A DNA stretch of 64,000 nt from assembly GCA_963701965.1 (NCBI GenBank), contig OY969695.1, positions 3,520,001-3,584,000 on the forward strand, given 5' to 3'. Below the pieces are notes generated by a model. It was not told the DNA's origin. It saw nothing but the letters and a program-made list of their open reading frames with translations, and made no database searches. Origin of the DNA: an uncultured Gemmatimonadales bacterium. Lineage in GTDB: Bacteria > Gemmatimonadota > Gemmatimonadetes > Gemmatimonadales > Gemmatimonadaceae. The position numbers were made by a program, and so were the translations under genes. This document shows, one piece after another, positions 27,404 to 36,558 of the stretch (positions are counted from its first letter, which is position 1; each line of letters starts with the position of its first letter).

Positions 27404-29559
27404 TGCGCGGCGCGATGGCGGCTCTCCTGTTTCTTCCGGCCCTGGCGTGGGGTCAAGTGCCGGCCGAGGTACACGGCCGGGTCACATCCCGGTCTGACGG
27501 GCGCACCATTGCCGGGGCGATCGTCGAGGACGTCGCCGCCGGAGGCGGCGCGTCCACAAACGATCAAGGGGATTTCGTCCTTCGCGGACTTCCACCCGGC
27601 CGCCGCACGCTGCGCGTGCGCGCGGTCGGGTATCGACCAGTGAGTCTTGGGGTCGGCGTCGAAAATGGCCTGACCACGACGATGGACGTCACGTTGGAGC
27701 CGGTGACCGCGCGGTTGGCGCCGATCGCGGTCGTCGCCGCGGCCGACACCGCGAACGCCGGCGCCACGACGATCACGCGCGTCGAGATCGAACGATCCGG
27801 CCGGCGCGACCTCGGCTCGCTCTTGTCCGGGCAAGCGGGCGTGCTGGTCACGCCGTACGGCGGCCCGGGCGCGCCAGCCACGCTGTCGATGCGCGGCTCG
27901 GACGCCAACGAGATTCTGGTGCTGGTGGACGGCGTGCCGATCAACTCGCCCCTCACCGGTATCGCCGACCTGTCGACGATCCCCCTGAACACGGTCCAAC
28001 GCATCACCGTAGTGCGCGGCGCCCAATCCGCGCGCTGGGGTGGGCGGGCGATGGCGGGGGTCGTCCTGATCGAGACCCGCCGCCCCACCGGCGCCGAGGC
28101 CGAGTTGGATGTCACCGCGGCGTCCTGGGGAGAGCGCGACGGCACGCTCTCCGTCGGCGGCACAGGTCCCGCCGACATTGGCGGCGTGATGACGGCGTCC
28201 CGCCGCCTCACGCGGAACGACTACCCGTACGACGTCCCGGACATCCGCGGAGGCGGGACCGCCGTGCTCGGCAATGGCGGATTTTCGTCCACCGGTATCG
28301 ACGGAGCGCTGAGCCGGGATATTGCGCCGATCGCGCTGCGCGTGCACGGGACTTACCTCTCGGACGCGCGTGGCGTCCCGGGTTCCATTGCCGCGCCATC
28401 GCTCGAGGCCCGCAACACCGACGAGCACGTCGCCGGCGGCGTCGATGCCCGCGCCGATCACGGCATCGTCCGGTGGACCGCCGATCTCGAGGCCGAACAT
28501 CAGCGCACGACGTTCGTCGACACCAATCCGCCCATTGGAGCGCCCTACAACGACCGCATTGGCGCCAGCAGCCTGTCCGCGCTGGCGTCCGTCGGGACCG
28601 GTGGCCCGCGGCTGTCGGCGAGCGCGGGGGTCGAGGCGCGCTGGATCGACATTTCCGCGACCGCGCTCTCGGCGAACGCGCCGGCGTCGGAACACGAGGA
28701 TGGTATCTGGACCCGCGTCGAAGCCAGCCAGCCTGTCGGGCGTGCCGTCACCCTCGGCGCCGAGGCCGGCGCCCGTGTCGACTGGAGCTCATTGCTCGAC
28801 GGGCCCCAATTCTCGCCGCGCGTGGGCGTGTCGGCCAGCCATGGCCCGCTGACGTTGCACGTGAGCGTCGGCAACGGCTTCGCGCCGCCGGCCTTGGCCG
28901 ATCAGTACTTCCACGAGGGTGTGCAGGTGCAGCCGAACCCGAACCTCAAGCCCGAGGAAGTCCGTGGGGAAGTCGAGGGTCGTCTCACGCTGCACGAGAT
29001 CGCGGTCGGGCCACTGCTGCGCGTCAGTGGCGACGTCGCCGCCTATCGGGCCGACGTGGACGGCATGATTCTGTGGTTTCCCGATTTCCGGTTCGTGTGG
29101 AGCCCGAACAACTTCGACGTGCATTGTTCCGGGTGGGACGGCTCCCTCGCGCTGACCCTCCCGCCCGCGGGCTTCACGTTGCGCGGGACGATCACCCAGG
29201 TCGTCGTCGATTACGCCACGGCGCCGCTCTCCGGCCAAGTGGCGTACCGGCCGCGGACCACCGGGAGCCTCACAGGCTCACTCACCCGCGGACCGGCGAC
29301 GCTCGACGTGACGACCCGCTACATTGGTGACCGGCGCACCGTGGAAGGCAGTGCCCTCAACTCCATCGGCGCCTACTGGCTCACCGATGCGCAGCTCACC
29401 CTGCATGTCCCCGGGACTCCGTGGCCGCTCGACGTGTTGGCCGGAGTCGACAACGCGTTCGATCGACACGTCGCTTTGCTCTTCGACTATCCGCTGCCGC
29501 CCCGTACTTGGGTGCTCGGCATCAAGATCCGCACGCCCTCTCACTCCTATCTTCCATGA
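27403..29559 (+). CDS. btuB: TonB-dependent cobalamin receptor
   Basis: Signal peptide, plug (MRG..ILVLVDGVP, RITVVRG.QSARWG), NPNLKPE; riboswitch operon. Confidence 0.85.
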   Translation: MRGAMAALLFLPALAWGQVPAEVHGRVTSRSDGRTIAGAIVEDVAAGGGASTNDQGDFVLRGLPPGRRTLRVRAVGYRPVSLGVGVENGLTTTMDVTLEPVTARLAPIAVVAAADTANAGATTITRVEIERSGRRDLGSLLSGQAGVLVTPYGGPGAPATLSMRGSDANEILVLVDGVPINSPLTGIADLSTIPLNTVQRITVVRGAQSARWGGRAMAGVVLIETRRPTGAEAELDVTAASWGERDGTLSVGGTGPADIGGVMTASRRLTRNDYPYDVPDIRGGGTAVLGNGGFSSTGIDGALSRDIAPIALRVHGTYLSDARGVPGSIAAPSLEARNTDEHVAGGVDARADHGIVRWTADLEAEHQRTTFVDTNPPIGAPYNDRIGASSLSALASVGTGGPRLSASAGVEARWIDISATALSANAPASEHEDGIWTRVEASQPVGRAVTLGAEAGARVDWSSLLDGPQFSPRVGVSASHGPLTLHVSVGNGFAPPALADQYFHEGVQVQPNPNLKPEEVRGEVEGRLTLHEIAVGPLLRVSGDVAAYRADVDGMILWFPDFRFVWSPNNFDVHCSGWDGSLALTLPPAGFTLRGTITQVVVDYATAPLSGQVAYRPRTTGSLTGSLTRGPATLDVTTRYIGDRRTVEGSALNSIGAYWLTDAQLTLHVPGTPWPLDVLAGVDNAFDRHVALLFDYPLPPRTWVLGIKIRTPSHSYLP

Positions 29560-30623
29560 CTATTACCCGCCGTTTGATCGCCGGTCTCGCACTGCTCACC
29601 GTTGCCGCCTGTGGCTCCGACAAGACCACCGCGCCGCCGCCGGGATTCCTGCACGGACAAGTCGGTTTCGTCGTGAACGCGCTGAGCCACTCGGTCACGT
29701 TGTTCCAGCTGGCCAGTCCCGCCATGAAAGAGCAGATCGCCCTCGGCGCGTCCAATACCATCACGCCAGTCGGCATGAGCGTCCAGGGCAAGACGGCCAT
29801 CGTCCCGCTCGGCGACGCGGCCAGTGTTGCCGACATCGATCTCACGCACGTCAGCGCGACGCCGAAATTCTTTCTCTTCCCCAGCGGCAACGCCACCGGC
29901 CAGGCGTTCATCGACGACACGACGGTGCTGGCCAACAACGCCACAGACGGTGTCGTCGGCCGATTCACACTGGGACAGTCGTCGACGAACATCTCCAACA
30001 CGGTCGGCGTGGCGCCGCAGCCGACGGACATCGTCGTGAGCGGCACCCGCGCTTACATCATCTCGGCGAATCTCGACCAGAACTTCGCCCCGATCGGGAA
30101 TGGCATCGTCACCGCGCTGGACACGAAGACCCTCCACGTCCTCGGCACCGTCTCGACGACGGGAATCGATGCGTCGGCCGGCGCCATGGGCCCCGACGGC
30201 AAGCTCTACGTCGTCAACACCGGTGATTTCGTAGACCCCGGCAGCGTGACCGTCATCGATCCGGCGTCGCTCACGGTCGTCGACAGCATTCCCAACGCCG
30301 GTGTCGGCCCGACCGCCATCGCCATCGACAATGGCGGTCTCCTCTACATCTCCGACTTTTCGACGGGCACACTTGTATACAACACGTCGACGCGAGCCTA
30401 CGTACGGGGGCCGAACAACCCGGTTTGCGCCTTGAACGCGCAGCAGGCCTGCCGCGGGGCCGCGGACACGCGGACCGATGCCAACGGCAACGTGTACCAG
30501 GTGTACTTCGGCGCCACGGGCGACCCCGGACAGATCTTCATCTATGCGCCGGGCACGTATACGCTCAAGGACAGCGTGACCGCCGGTGATGGGCCCATCT
30601 CGCTCCGGATCGCCTCCTACTAA
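29556..30623 (+). CDS. YncE-like beta-propeller lipoprotein (BtuG-like)
   Basis: VAAC lipobox; repeated blades (LYVVN..SVTVID); directly after btuB. Confidence 0.75.
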   Translation: MTITRRLIAGLALLTVAACGSDKTTAPPPGFLHGQVGFVVNALSHSVTLFQLASPAMKEQIALGASNTITPVGMSVQGKTAIVPLGDAASVADIDLTHVSATPKFFLFPSGNATGQAFIDDTTVLANNATDGVVGRFTLGQSSTNISNTVGVAPQPTDIVVSGTRAYIISANLDQNFAPIGNGIVTALDTKTLHVLGTVSTTGIDASAGAMGPDGKLYVVNTGDFVDPGSVTVIDPASLTVVDSIPNAGVGPTAIAIDNGGLLYISDFSTGTLVYNTSTRAYVRGPNNPVCALNAQQACRGAADTRTDANGNVYQVYFGATGDPGQIFIYAPGTYTLKDSVTAGDGPISLRIASY

Positions 30624-31510
30624 TGCGCGGTGCGGCGACGGTCGCCATGCTGATCGATGCCGCGCTCGGCGAACCGCCGCCTGCGTGGCATCCCACCGTA
30701 TGGATGGGACGCGGCATTGCTGCCGGGCGCACGCGACGGCGCGCAGCGTCACCGAAGGGGGCCTTTGCCGAAGGGGCATTGACCGTTCTCGGCGTCGCCG
30801 CGGTCGCGGCGACCGCCGCCCGCGCGTTGGAGTCGATCGTCGGCGGACCACTCGTCGCCGGGCTGGCGCTCAAGCCGGCACTGGCGCTGCGGGGACTGCT
30901 CGATGCCGGGAAAGCCGTGGAGCGCAGCCTGCGCGCCGGCCGCCTCGAAGAGGCGCGCCGGCAGCTCTCCTATCATCTCGTCTCTCGAGACACCGCGACG
31001 CTATCGGCGAGCGACGTGGCGGGGGCGGCTATTTCGTCGCTGGCCGAGAATGCCAGCGACAGCATCGTCGCCCCGCTCCTGGCGTATCGGGTCGGCGGCC
31101 TCGCCGCCGCCTACGCCTATCGCGCGCTCAACACGGCCAATGCGATGCTCGGGTATCGGACGCCCGAGTTGGAGTGGTTCGGCAAGGCGGCGGCGCGCAC
31201 CGATGACGTCGTCAACTGGTTCCCCGCGCGGGCCACGGCGGCGCTCATCGCGGCGGCCGCGCCTGCGGCGGGTGGCTCGATGCGCGCGGCTTGGATGGCG
31301 GCACGACACGACGCGGGTCGTTGCCCCAGCCCGAACGGCGGCTGGCCCATGGCCGCCATGGCGGGCGCACTCGGGGTCGTGCTCATCAAGCGCGGCGTGT
31401 ACACGCTCAACGATCGCGGCCGGGCGGCCACGCCCGACGACATCGCGCGCGCCCGTCGTATTCTCGTCGTGTCGTCGGTGATGGCTACCGGATTGGTCGA
31501 GCTGTGCTGA
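30623..31510 (+). CDS. cbiB: Adenosylcobinamide-phosphate synthase
   Basis: GEPP..HP.VWMG, LVSRDT, SLAENASD, YRALNT.NAMLGY, SPNGGWP.AAMAGALG. Confidence 0.93.
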   Translation: MRGAATVAMLIDAALGEPPPAWHPTVWMGRGIAAGRTRRRAASPKGAFAEGALTVLGVAAVAATAARALESIVGGPLVAGLALKPALALRGLLDAGKAVERSLRAGRLEEARRQLSYHLVSRDTATLSASDVAGAAISSLAENASDSIVAPLLAYRVGGLAAAYAYRALNTANAMLGYRTPELEWFGKAAARTDDVVNWFPARATAALIAAAAPAAGGSMRAAWMAARHDAGRCPSPNGGWPMAAMAGALGVVLIKRGVYTLNDRGRAATPDDIARARRILVVSSVMATGLVELC

Positions 31511-32487
31511 CCCACGGTCGCGACGGCTTCGCCGTCTGCGTGAATGCCTATGGGCCCGCGCCAAACGTGCGCGCGGCCGCGCTGGCGGCCTCGATCGACG
31601 CCTATCCCAATGCGTCGTGCGCCGCCGCCCGCGCAGCGGCCGCGCGGCGTTTCGGGCGACCGGTCGACGAGATCGCCTGCGGGGCCGGGACATCGGAGCT
31701 GATCCAAGCGATCGCGCTCGCCACGGTCCGACCGGCCGACGTCGTCGTCATCTGCCGTCCGGCGTTCTCCGAGTATGGTCGCGCCGCTCTCGTGGCGGGC
31801 GCTCGCGTGCGGCGTCCGGCACGGCTCCCGGTCGGTGCGCCGGAGCCGGCTATTGGAGAGGGGATGATCGCCGCCATACGCGAACATCGTCCTCGCCTCG
31901 CGTTCCTGGCCGCGCCGACCAGCCCGGAGGGCATCGCGCTCTCCCGCGAAACCGTCCGGGCCGTGGCCGATGCGTGCCAGCAGCAGGGCGCGCTCCTGGT
32001 CCTCGACCAGTCCTATGATGCCTTCACCGGCGCGCCACTCGACACGCCCGCGCTCCCCGGTCATCCCGCCGTCTTGCATCTCCGATCGATCACCAAGGAC
32101 CATGCGTTGGCGGGGCTGCGCGTGGGATTCGCCATCGGGCCCGCGCATCGCATTGCGGCTTTGTCGCGCGTGCGGGTCCCGTGGACGGTGTCGGCGCCCG
32201 CACAGGCCGCGGCCGCTGCGGCCATGACGAACGAAGCTGAGGCCCACGTGACGCGGACGATTGCGCTGCTCCGTGCGCACGCGGCGGAGCTGTGGCGGCA
32301 CTGCGACGCCGCCGGCATTCGACGCGTTCCCAGTGACACCCATTATGGGTTGTTGCGCGCCCACGCCAACGGCGTGTCCGTCCGGGACTGCCGATCCTTC
32401 GGTCTCCCGGGTTGGATCCGCGTGGCGGTCCGCACGCCGCCCGAAAACGCGGCGCTCACCCGAGCTCTTGGAGCCAGAGATGGCTGA
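31504..32487 (+). CDS. cobD: L-threonine-O-3-phosphate decarboxylase-like PLP enzyme
   Basis: GTSELI, PAFSEY, LDQSY, LRSITKDHALAGLRVG, VRDC.SFGL; next to cbiB. Confidence 0.8.
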   Translation: MLTHGRDGFAVCVNAYGPAPNVRAAALAASIDAYPNASCAAARAAAARRFGRPVDEIACGAGTSELIQAIALATVRPADVVVICRPAFSEYGRAALVAGARVRRPARLPVGAPEPAIGEGMIAAIREHRPRLAFLAAPTSPEGIALSRETVRAVADACQQQGALLVLDQSYDAFTGAPLDTPALPGHPAVLHLRSITKDHALAGLRVGFAIGPAHRIAALSRVRVPWTVSAPAQAAAAAAMTNEAEAHVTRTIALLRAHAAELWRHCDAAGIRRVPSDTHYGLLRAHANGVSVRDCRSFGLPGWIRVAVRTPPENAALTRALGARDG

Positions 32488-33103
32488 CCGTACCGATCCC
32501 CTGGCCCCGCCGGACGAGGGGCCCAACGTCCCCAAGCCGAAGCTCAAGCGGCCGCGCCTTCGGCGCGTGCCGCCCCGCGAGCAGCGACACGGACTCGTGA
32601 TCGTGCACACGGGCCACGGAAAGGGCAAGACGACCGCCGCCCTCGGCCTGCTGCTCCGCGCCGCGGGCCGGGGCATGACGGTCGGGATGTTCCAGTTCAT
32701 CAAGAACGCCTCGGCCGACTACGGGGAGCACCGCGCCGCGCGCCAACTGGGCGTTGAGATCACTCCCCTCGGCGACGGGTTCACCTGGCTGACGGAGAAC
32801 ATCGCCGAGGATCGCGCCTTGGCCGAGCGGGGTTGGACGCGCTGCGCCGAGGCGCTGACCGCTGGCGCGTTCGATGTACTGATTCTCGACGAGCTGACGT
32901 ATCCGCTGACCTTCGGCTGGCTCGACATCGCCACCGTGTTGGCCACGATTGCGTCACGACCCCGCGGCACCCACGTCGTGATCACGGGGCGCGACGCTCC
33001 GCCCGCCCTCATTGAGGCCGCGGACCTGGTGACCGAAATGCGCTTGGTCAAGCATCCGTATCGGGAACGGGGCATCGGCGCGCAACCGGGGATTGAGTTA
33101 TAG
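32480..33103 (+). CDS. cobO: Cob(I)yrinic acid diamide adenosyltransferase (BtuR/CobO)
   Basis: HTGHGKGKTTAALG, QFIK, LDEL, ITGR, ADLVTEM..KHPY. Confidence 0.95.
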   Translation: MADRTDPLAPPDEGPNVPKPKLKRPRLRRVPPREQRHGLVIVHTGHGKGKTTAALGLLLRAAGRGMTVGMFQFIKNASADYGEHRAARQLGVEITPLGDGFTWLTENIAEDRALAERGWTRCAEALTAGAFDVLILDELTYPLTFGWLDIATVLATIASRPRGTHVVITGRDAPPALIEAADLVTEMRLVKHPYRERGIGAQPGIEL

Positions 33104-33138
33104 CCGGGATGGGCGAAAATGATGGCGGCATCGTTGCA

Positions 33139-33172
33139 GGACACGCTCTCCGTCGGCGCGCTGAGCGTGTCC
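33139..33172. terminator. Hairpin between convergent cobO and cobS (possible bidirectional terminator)
   Basis: Perfect 10-bp inverted repeat GGACACGCTC / GAGCGTGTCC, 14-nt loop, no U tract. Confidence 0.45.
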
Positions 33173-33213
33173 GAGATCGAAGTGGAGATCACGACCGTCC
33201 CGCGCGTCCGTCT

Positions 33214-33972
33214 TTACTTCACCCACACCGCCGCGACCGTCGCGTAGGTCGCGAGCTCGACCAGCTGGTTGGCGGCGCCGAGGCAGTCGCCCGTGACGCC
33301 GCCAATCCGACGGCGGAAATAGAAGCCGGCCATCGCCGTCACAATCACGGCGACGAGTACCGGGCCAATCGCCCGGAATTGCATCACGCCAGCGGCAACA
33401 GCGACGGCGATCGCTGACGCGATCGCCAGCCGCATCGTCCCCACATCACTAAACGCCGCGCCCTTGCTAGCCGCCGACGTGCCGGCCGCCGAGCTGACGT
33501 AGGGATATCGCCAGAGTAGCGCGACGCTGGACCACCGGGCGAGTGTATGGGCGACGACCAACGCGCGCAGCGCGTCGAGTGGCGTGAGCGAAGCGAGCGT
33601 AGCGAGCTTCGCCACGATGACGAGTATCAGCGCGACGGCGCCGTACGTGCCAATTCGGCTGTCCTTCATGATGGCCAGCACCCGGTCCGGCGCCGTCCCG
33701 CCGCCAAATCCGTCGGCCGCATCGGCCAGCCCGTCTTCGTGCAGGGCTCCCGTGATCGTCACCGTCGTCGCCACCGCGGCGACGGCCGCGATCGCCGGTG
33801 GCCACAGCAGGCTGGCGAGCCAGAACGCCGCGGCCCCACCGACGCCAACGAGCGCGCCGACGACCGGGAAATAGATAGTCGCGCGTCCAAAGTCGGCCGG
33901 GTCGACGGGCCCGGGCAGCGGGATGCGCGTGAGAAACGTGACCGCCGCGCCGAACGCGCGCCGATGTCGCGT
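33214..33972 (-). CDS. cobS: Cobalamin synthase
   Basis: FLTRIP, YFPVVG, TGALHEDGLAD.ADG, IMKDSRIG, GGVTGD.LGA; no canonical start at expected position (ACG at 33972). Confidence 0.92.
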   Translation of the reverse strand, partial: TRHRRAFGAAVTFLTRIPLPGPVDPADFGRATIYFPVVGALVGVGGAAAFWLASLLWPPAIAAVAAVATTVTITGALHEDGLADAADGFGGGTAPDRVLAIMKDSRIGTYGAVALILVIVAKLATLASLTPLDALRALVVAHTLARWSSVALLWRYPYVSSAAGTSAASKGAAFSDVGTMRLAIASAIAVAVAAGVMQFRAIGPVLVAVIVTAMAGFYFRRRIGGVTGDCLGAANQLVELATYATVAAVWVK

Positions 33973-33973
33973 G

Positions 33974-34993
33974 TTACGCCTCGCGCGACACGTTGGCGTT
34001 CGCGAACGTCGCCATGTCGGACAACACCGCGGCGGCCGACCGCAGCAGCGGGATGGCCATGGCCGCCCCCGTGCCTTCGCCCAGCCGGCACTTGAGATCC
34101 AGCATCGGCAGTGCCCCCAACGCGTCGAGCGCGATGCCATGTCCCCGCTCGGCCGATCGGTGCGCGAAGAACAGATTGGCGCCGGTCGCGGGATCCAGTC
34201 GTACCGCCGCCAATGTCGCGACGGTCGAGATGAACCCGTCGGCCACCACGACCATCCCGTGCGCCGTGGCCTCCAGGGCCGCACCGGCGATGGCCGCCAT
34301 CTCGAGGCCGCCCAGGGACGCCAGTAGATGGCGTGGGTCGTCCGACGCATGCCGGCCCACCGCCCGATCGACGACCCCGCGCTTGTGCGCCAATCGTTGG
34401 TCGTCGACGCCGGTGCCGCGTCCCACCGTCTCGACGGCCGGCGCACCCGTGAGGCCACTCAGGAGCGCCGCGGCGGCCGTCGTGTTCCCAATGCCCATCT
34501 CGCCGAGACCCACGGCGCGGACGCCGTCGGCCGCCGCCCGCCGCAACGCATCGCGCCCCGCGGCCATCGCGGCCGTGCACTCGGCGTCGGTCATCGCCGG
34601 TTCGTGCAGGAAGTTGCGCGAGCCCGACCGGACCTTCGCGTGCACCAGCGATGGGATCGACGAAAGGTCCGCATCGACCCCGACGTCGATGACCTCGACC
34701 TCCAGGCCATTGGCCCGGGCCAGCACATTGATGGCCGCGCCGCCGCGCGCGAAGTTCCGCATCATCTCCGCGGTCACCTGCGGGGGGTAGGCGCTGACGC
34801 CTTCGGCCGCCACACCGTGGTCGGCGCCAAACACCAGGATGCGCGCCCGGTCAATGCGCGGGGTCAGGGTCCCCTGGATACACGCCAACCGGACCGCCCA
34901 CGCCTCGAGTTCGCCGAGCGCGCCCAGCGGCTTGGTCTTCTCGTCGATCGCCTGTTGGGCGCGAGCCGCGAGGGTCCCGGTCGCCGTGATCAT
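33974..34993 (-). CDS. cobT: Nicotinate-nucleotide dimethylbenzimidazole phosphoribosyltransferase
   Basis: KTKPLGALG.LE, ADHGV, GEMGIGNTT, GGLEMAA, RLGEGTGA. Confidence 0.96.
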   Translation of the reverse strand: MITATGTLAARAQQAIDEKTKPLGALGELEAWAVRLACIQGTLTPRIDRARILVFGADHGVAAEGVSAYPPQVTAEMMRNFARGGAAINVLARANGLEVEVIDVGVDADLSSIPSLVHAKVRSGSRNFLHEPAMTDAECTAAMAAGRDALRRAAADGVRAVGLGEMGIGNTTAAAALLSGLTGAPAVETVGRGTGVDDQRLAHKRGVVDRAVGRHASDDPRHLLASLGGLEMAAIAGAALEATAHGMVVVADGFISTVATLAAVRLDPATGANLFFAHRSAERGHGIALDALGALPMLDLKCRLGEGTGAAMAIPLLRSAAAVLSDMATFANANVSREA

Positions 34994-36558
34994 TTGTCCT
35001 TGTAGCCCGGCACCGGCCACCCACCGCCGAGCGCGCGGTACAGGGACACGACGCCCACCAACTCCTGCCGCTCCGCCGCCGTCAGCGACAGCTCGGCGGT
35101 GAACAGCGAGCGCTCCGCGTTCAGGACGTCCAGGTAGCTCGACACACCGGCCGCGTAACGGTCGTTCGCCAACTGGAGCGCGCGCCGCAGCGCATTGACC
35201 TGCGTCTGCTGGGCGACGACTTGCTCCCGGTCGGTGCGGACCTCGACCAGCTGACCGTCGACCTCGCGCGTCGCGTTGAGCACCGTCTTCTCATAGGTGT
35301 AGCGCGCTTCTTCCCGCCGCGCCTGGGCCGCATCCTGCTGGCCCTGCAGCGCGCCGCCGTGGAAGATCGGCACGGACACGCCGGCGAAGATCTGATACAC
35401 CTGATTGTTGAGCGAAGTGAATTGTCCTTGGGGCAAATACCGTTGCGTGTCGAACGCCTCGGCCCCCCAGCTGCCGGTGATGGTGAACTTCGGCAACCGG
35501 TCGTCGAGCGCGGCGCCCACGCGCGCCGTCGCCGACACGAGATTGTGCTCGGCCAGCCGGACGTCCGGGCGCCGCTCGAGCAGTGTCGACGGCACGCCGA
35601 CCGGGATCTCGAATTGCGACAACACTTCGCTGAGCGCCCGCCCGCGCGGAATGGGTCCCGGGTGATGTCCGAGCAGGAAGGCAATGGTGTCCTCCTGCTG
35701 GCGGATCTGGCGCTCGTAGTTCGCGACCTGCGCCGCCGGATCGGCGACGTTCGCCTGGAACTGCCGCACATCCAGCTCCGAGATTACGCCGCGGTTGAAC
35801 CGTTGGCGGGACAGCTCCAGCGTCTGCTGGTTCGATGCCAGGGTGTTCTTGGAGATCTCGAGGTCGAGGTCCAGTTCCCGGAGATGCAGGTACGCCACGG
35901 CGACGGTCGCCACCAGGTCGACAACCACGGAGCGGCGGCTGTCTTCCTGCGCCAGTAAATCGTTCCGTGCGGCCTGTCGCGTGTTCCGGAGGCGGCCCCA
36001 GAAGTCCAGCTCCCAGGTCAGGTTCGCTTGTGCTTGCAGCACGTTGATGGGCGGGATCACGACCCCCGGGCCGAACGCGACCTTCTCGCGTCCCGATTGA
36101 CCCGTGGCATCGATCTGCGGAAAGAGCCCTCCGGTCGCCACGCCCAGGTCGCCGCGAAATTCCCGGATCGTCGCCACCGCGATGCGCACATTGCGGTTCT
36201 CGTTCAGCGCCGTGACCACCAGGTCTTTCAATACCGTGTCCTGGAACAGATCCAGCCACGTGATGTTGGCCGCGGAGTCCGACAGCTTGTAGTTCGGCGT
36301 CATGAAGCTGCCCGTCCGGCCGCCTGACGCTTCGCCGGCGGGCGGCGCGTGCATCGTGTCGCCGGGGAGGTGGATCATGGAGTCCCGGCTCGCGGCCAGG
36401 GAGTCGAACGTCGGCCGGAGCGAGTCCTCGAGCGTGCTTGGTGGACGATAGGCGCTGGGCGGCGGCGTCACATCGGGCCGGTGGTACCCCGGCCCGACGG
36501 GACAACCCGTGGCAAACGCCAACAACGCGATGGGCAAAAGACGTTTCATATCAGTCAT
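34990..36558 (-). CDS. RND efflux outer-membrane lipoprotein (OprM/NodT family)
   Basis: ATGC lipobox, VGPGY.RP, WELDFWGR, LLERRPDV, LYRALGGGW. Confidence 0.94.
   Translation of the reverse strand: MTDMKRLLPIALLAFATGCPVGPGYHRPDVTPPPSAYRPPSTLEDSLRPTFDSLAASRDSMIHLPGDTMHAPPAGEASGGRTGSFMTPNYKLSDSAANITWLDLFQDTVLKDLVVTALNENRNVRIAVATIREFRGDLGVATGGLFPQIDATGQSGREKVAFGPGVVIPPINVLQAQANLTWELDFWGRLRNTRQAARNDLLAQEDSRRSVVVDLVATVAVAYLHLRELDLDLEISKNTLASNQQTLELSRQRFNRGVISELDVRQFQANVADPAAQVANYERQIRQQEDTIAFLLGHHPGPIPRGRALSEVLSQFEIPVGVPSTLLERRPDVRLAEHNLVSATARVGAALDDRLPKFTITGSWGAEAFDTQRYLPQGQFTSLNNQVYQIFAGVSVPIFHGGALQGQQDAAQARREEARYTYEKTVLNATREVDGQLVEVRTDREQVVAQQTQVNALRRALQLANDRYAAGVSSYLDVLNAERSLFTAELSLTAAERQELVGVVSLYRALGGGWPVPGYKDK

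Noticed and set aside
33109..33250. Small ORFs between cobO and cobS
   Set aside because: They overlap cobS antisense, have no motif, and the gap is explained by a hairpin.
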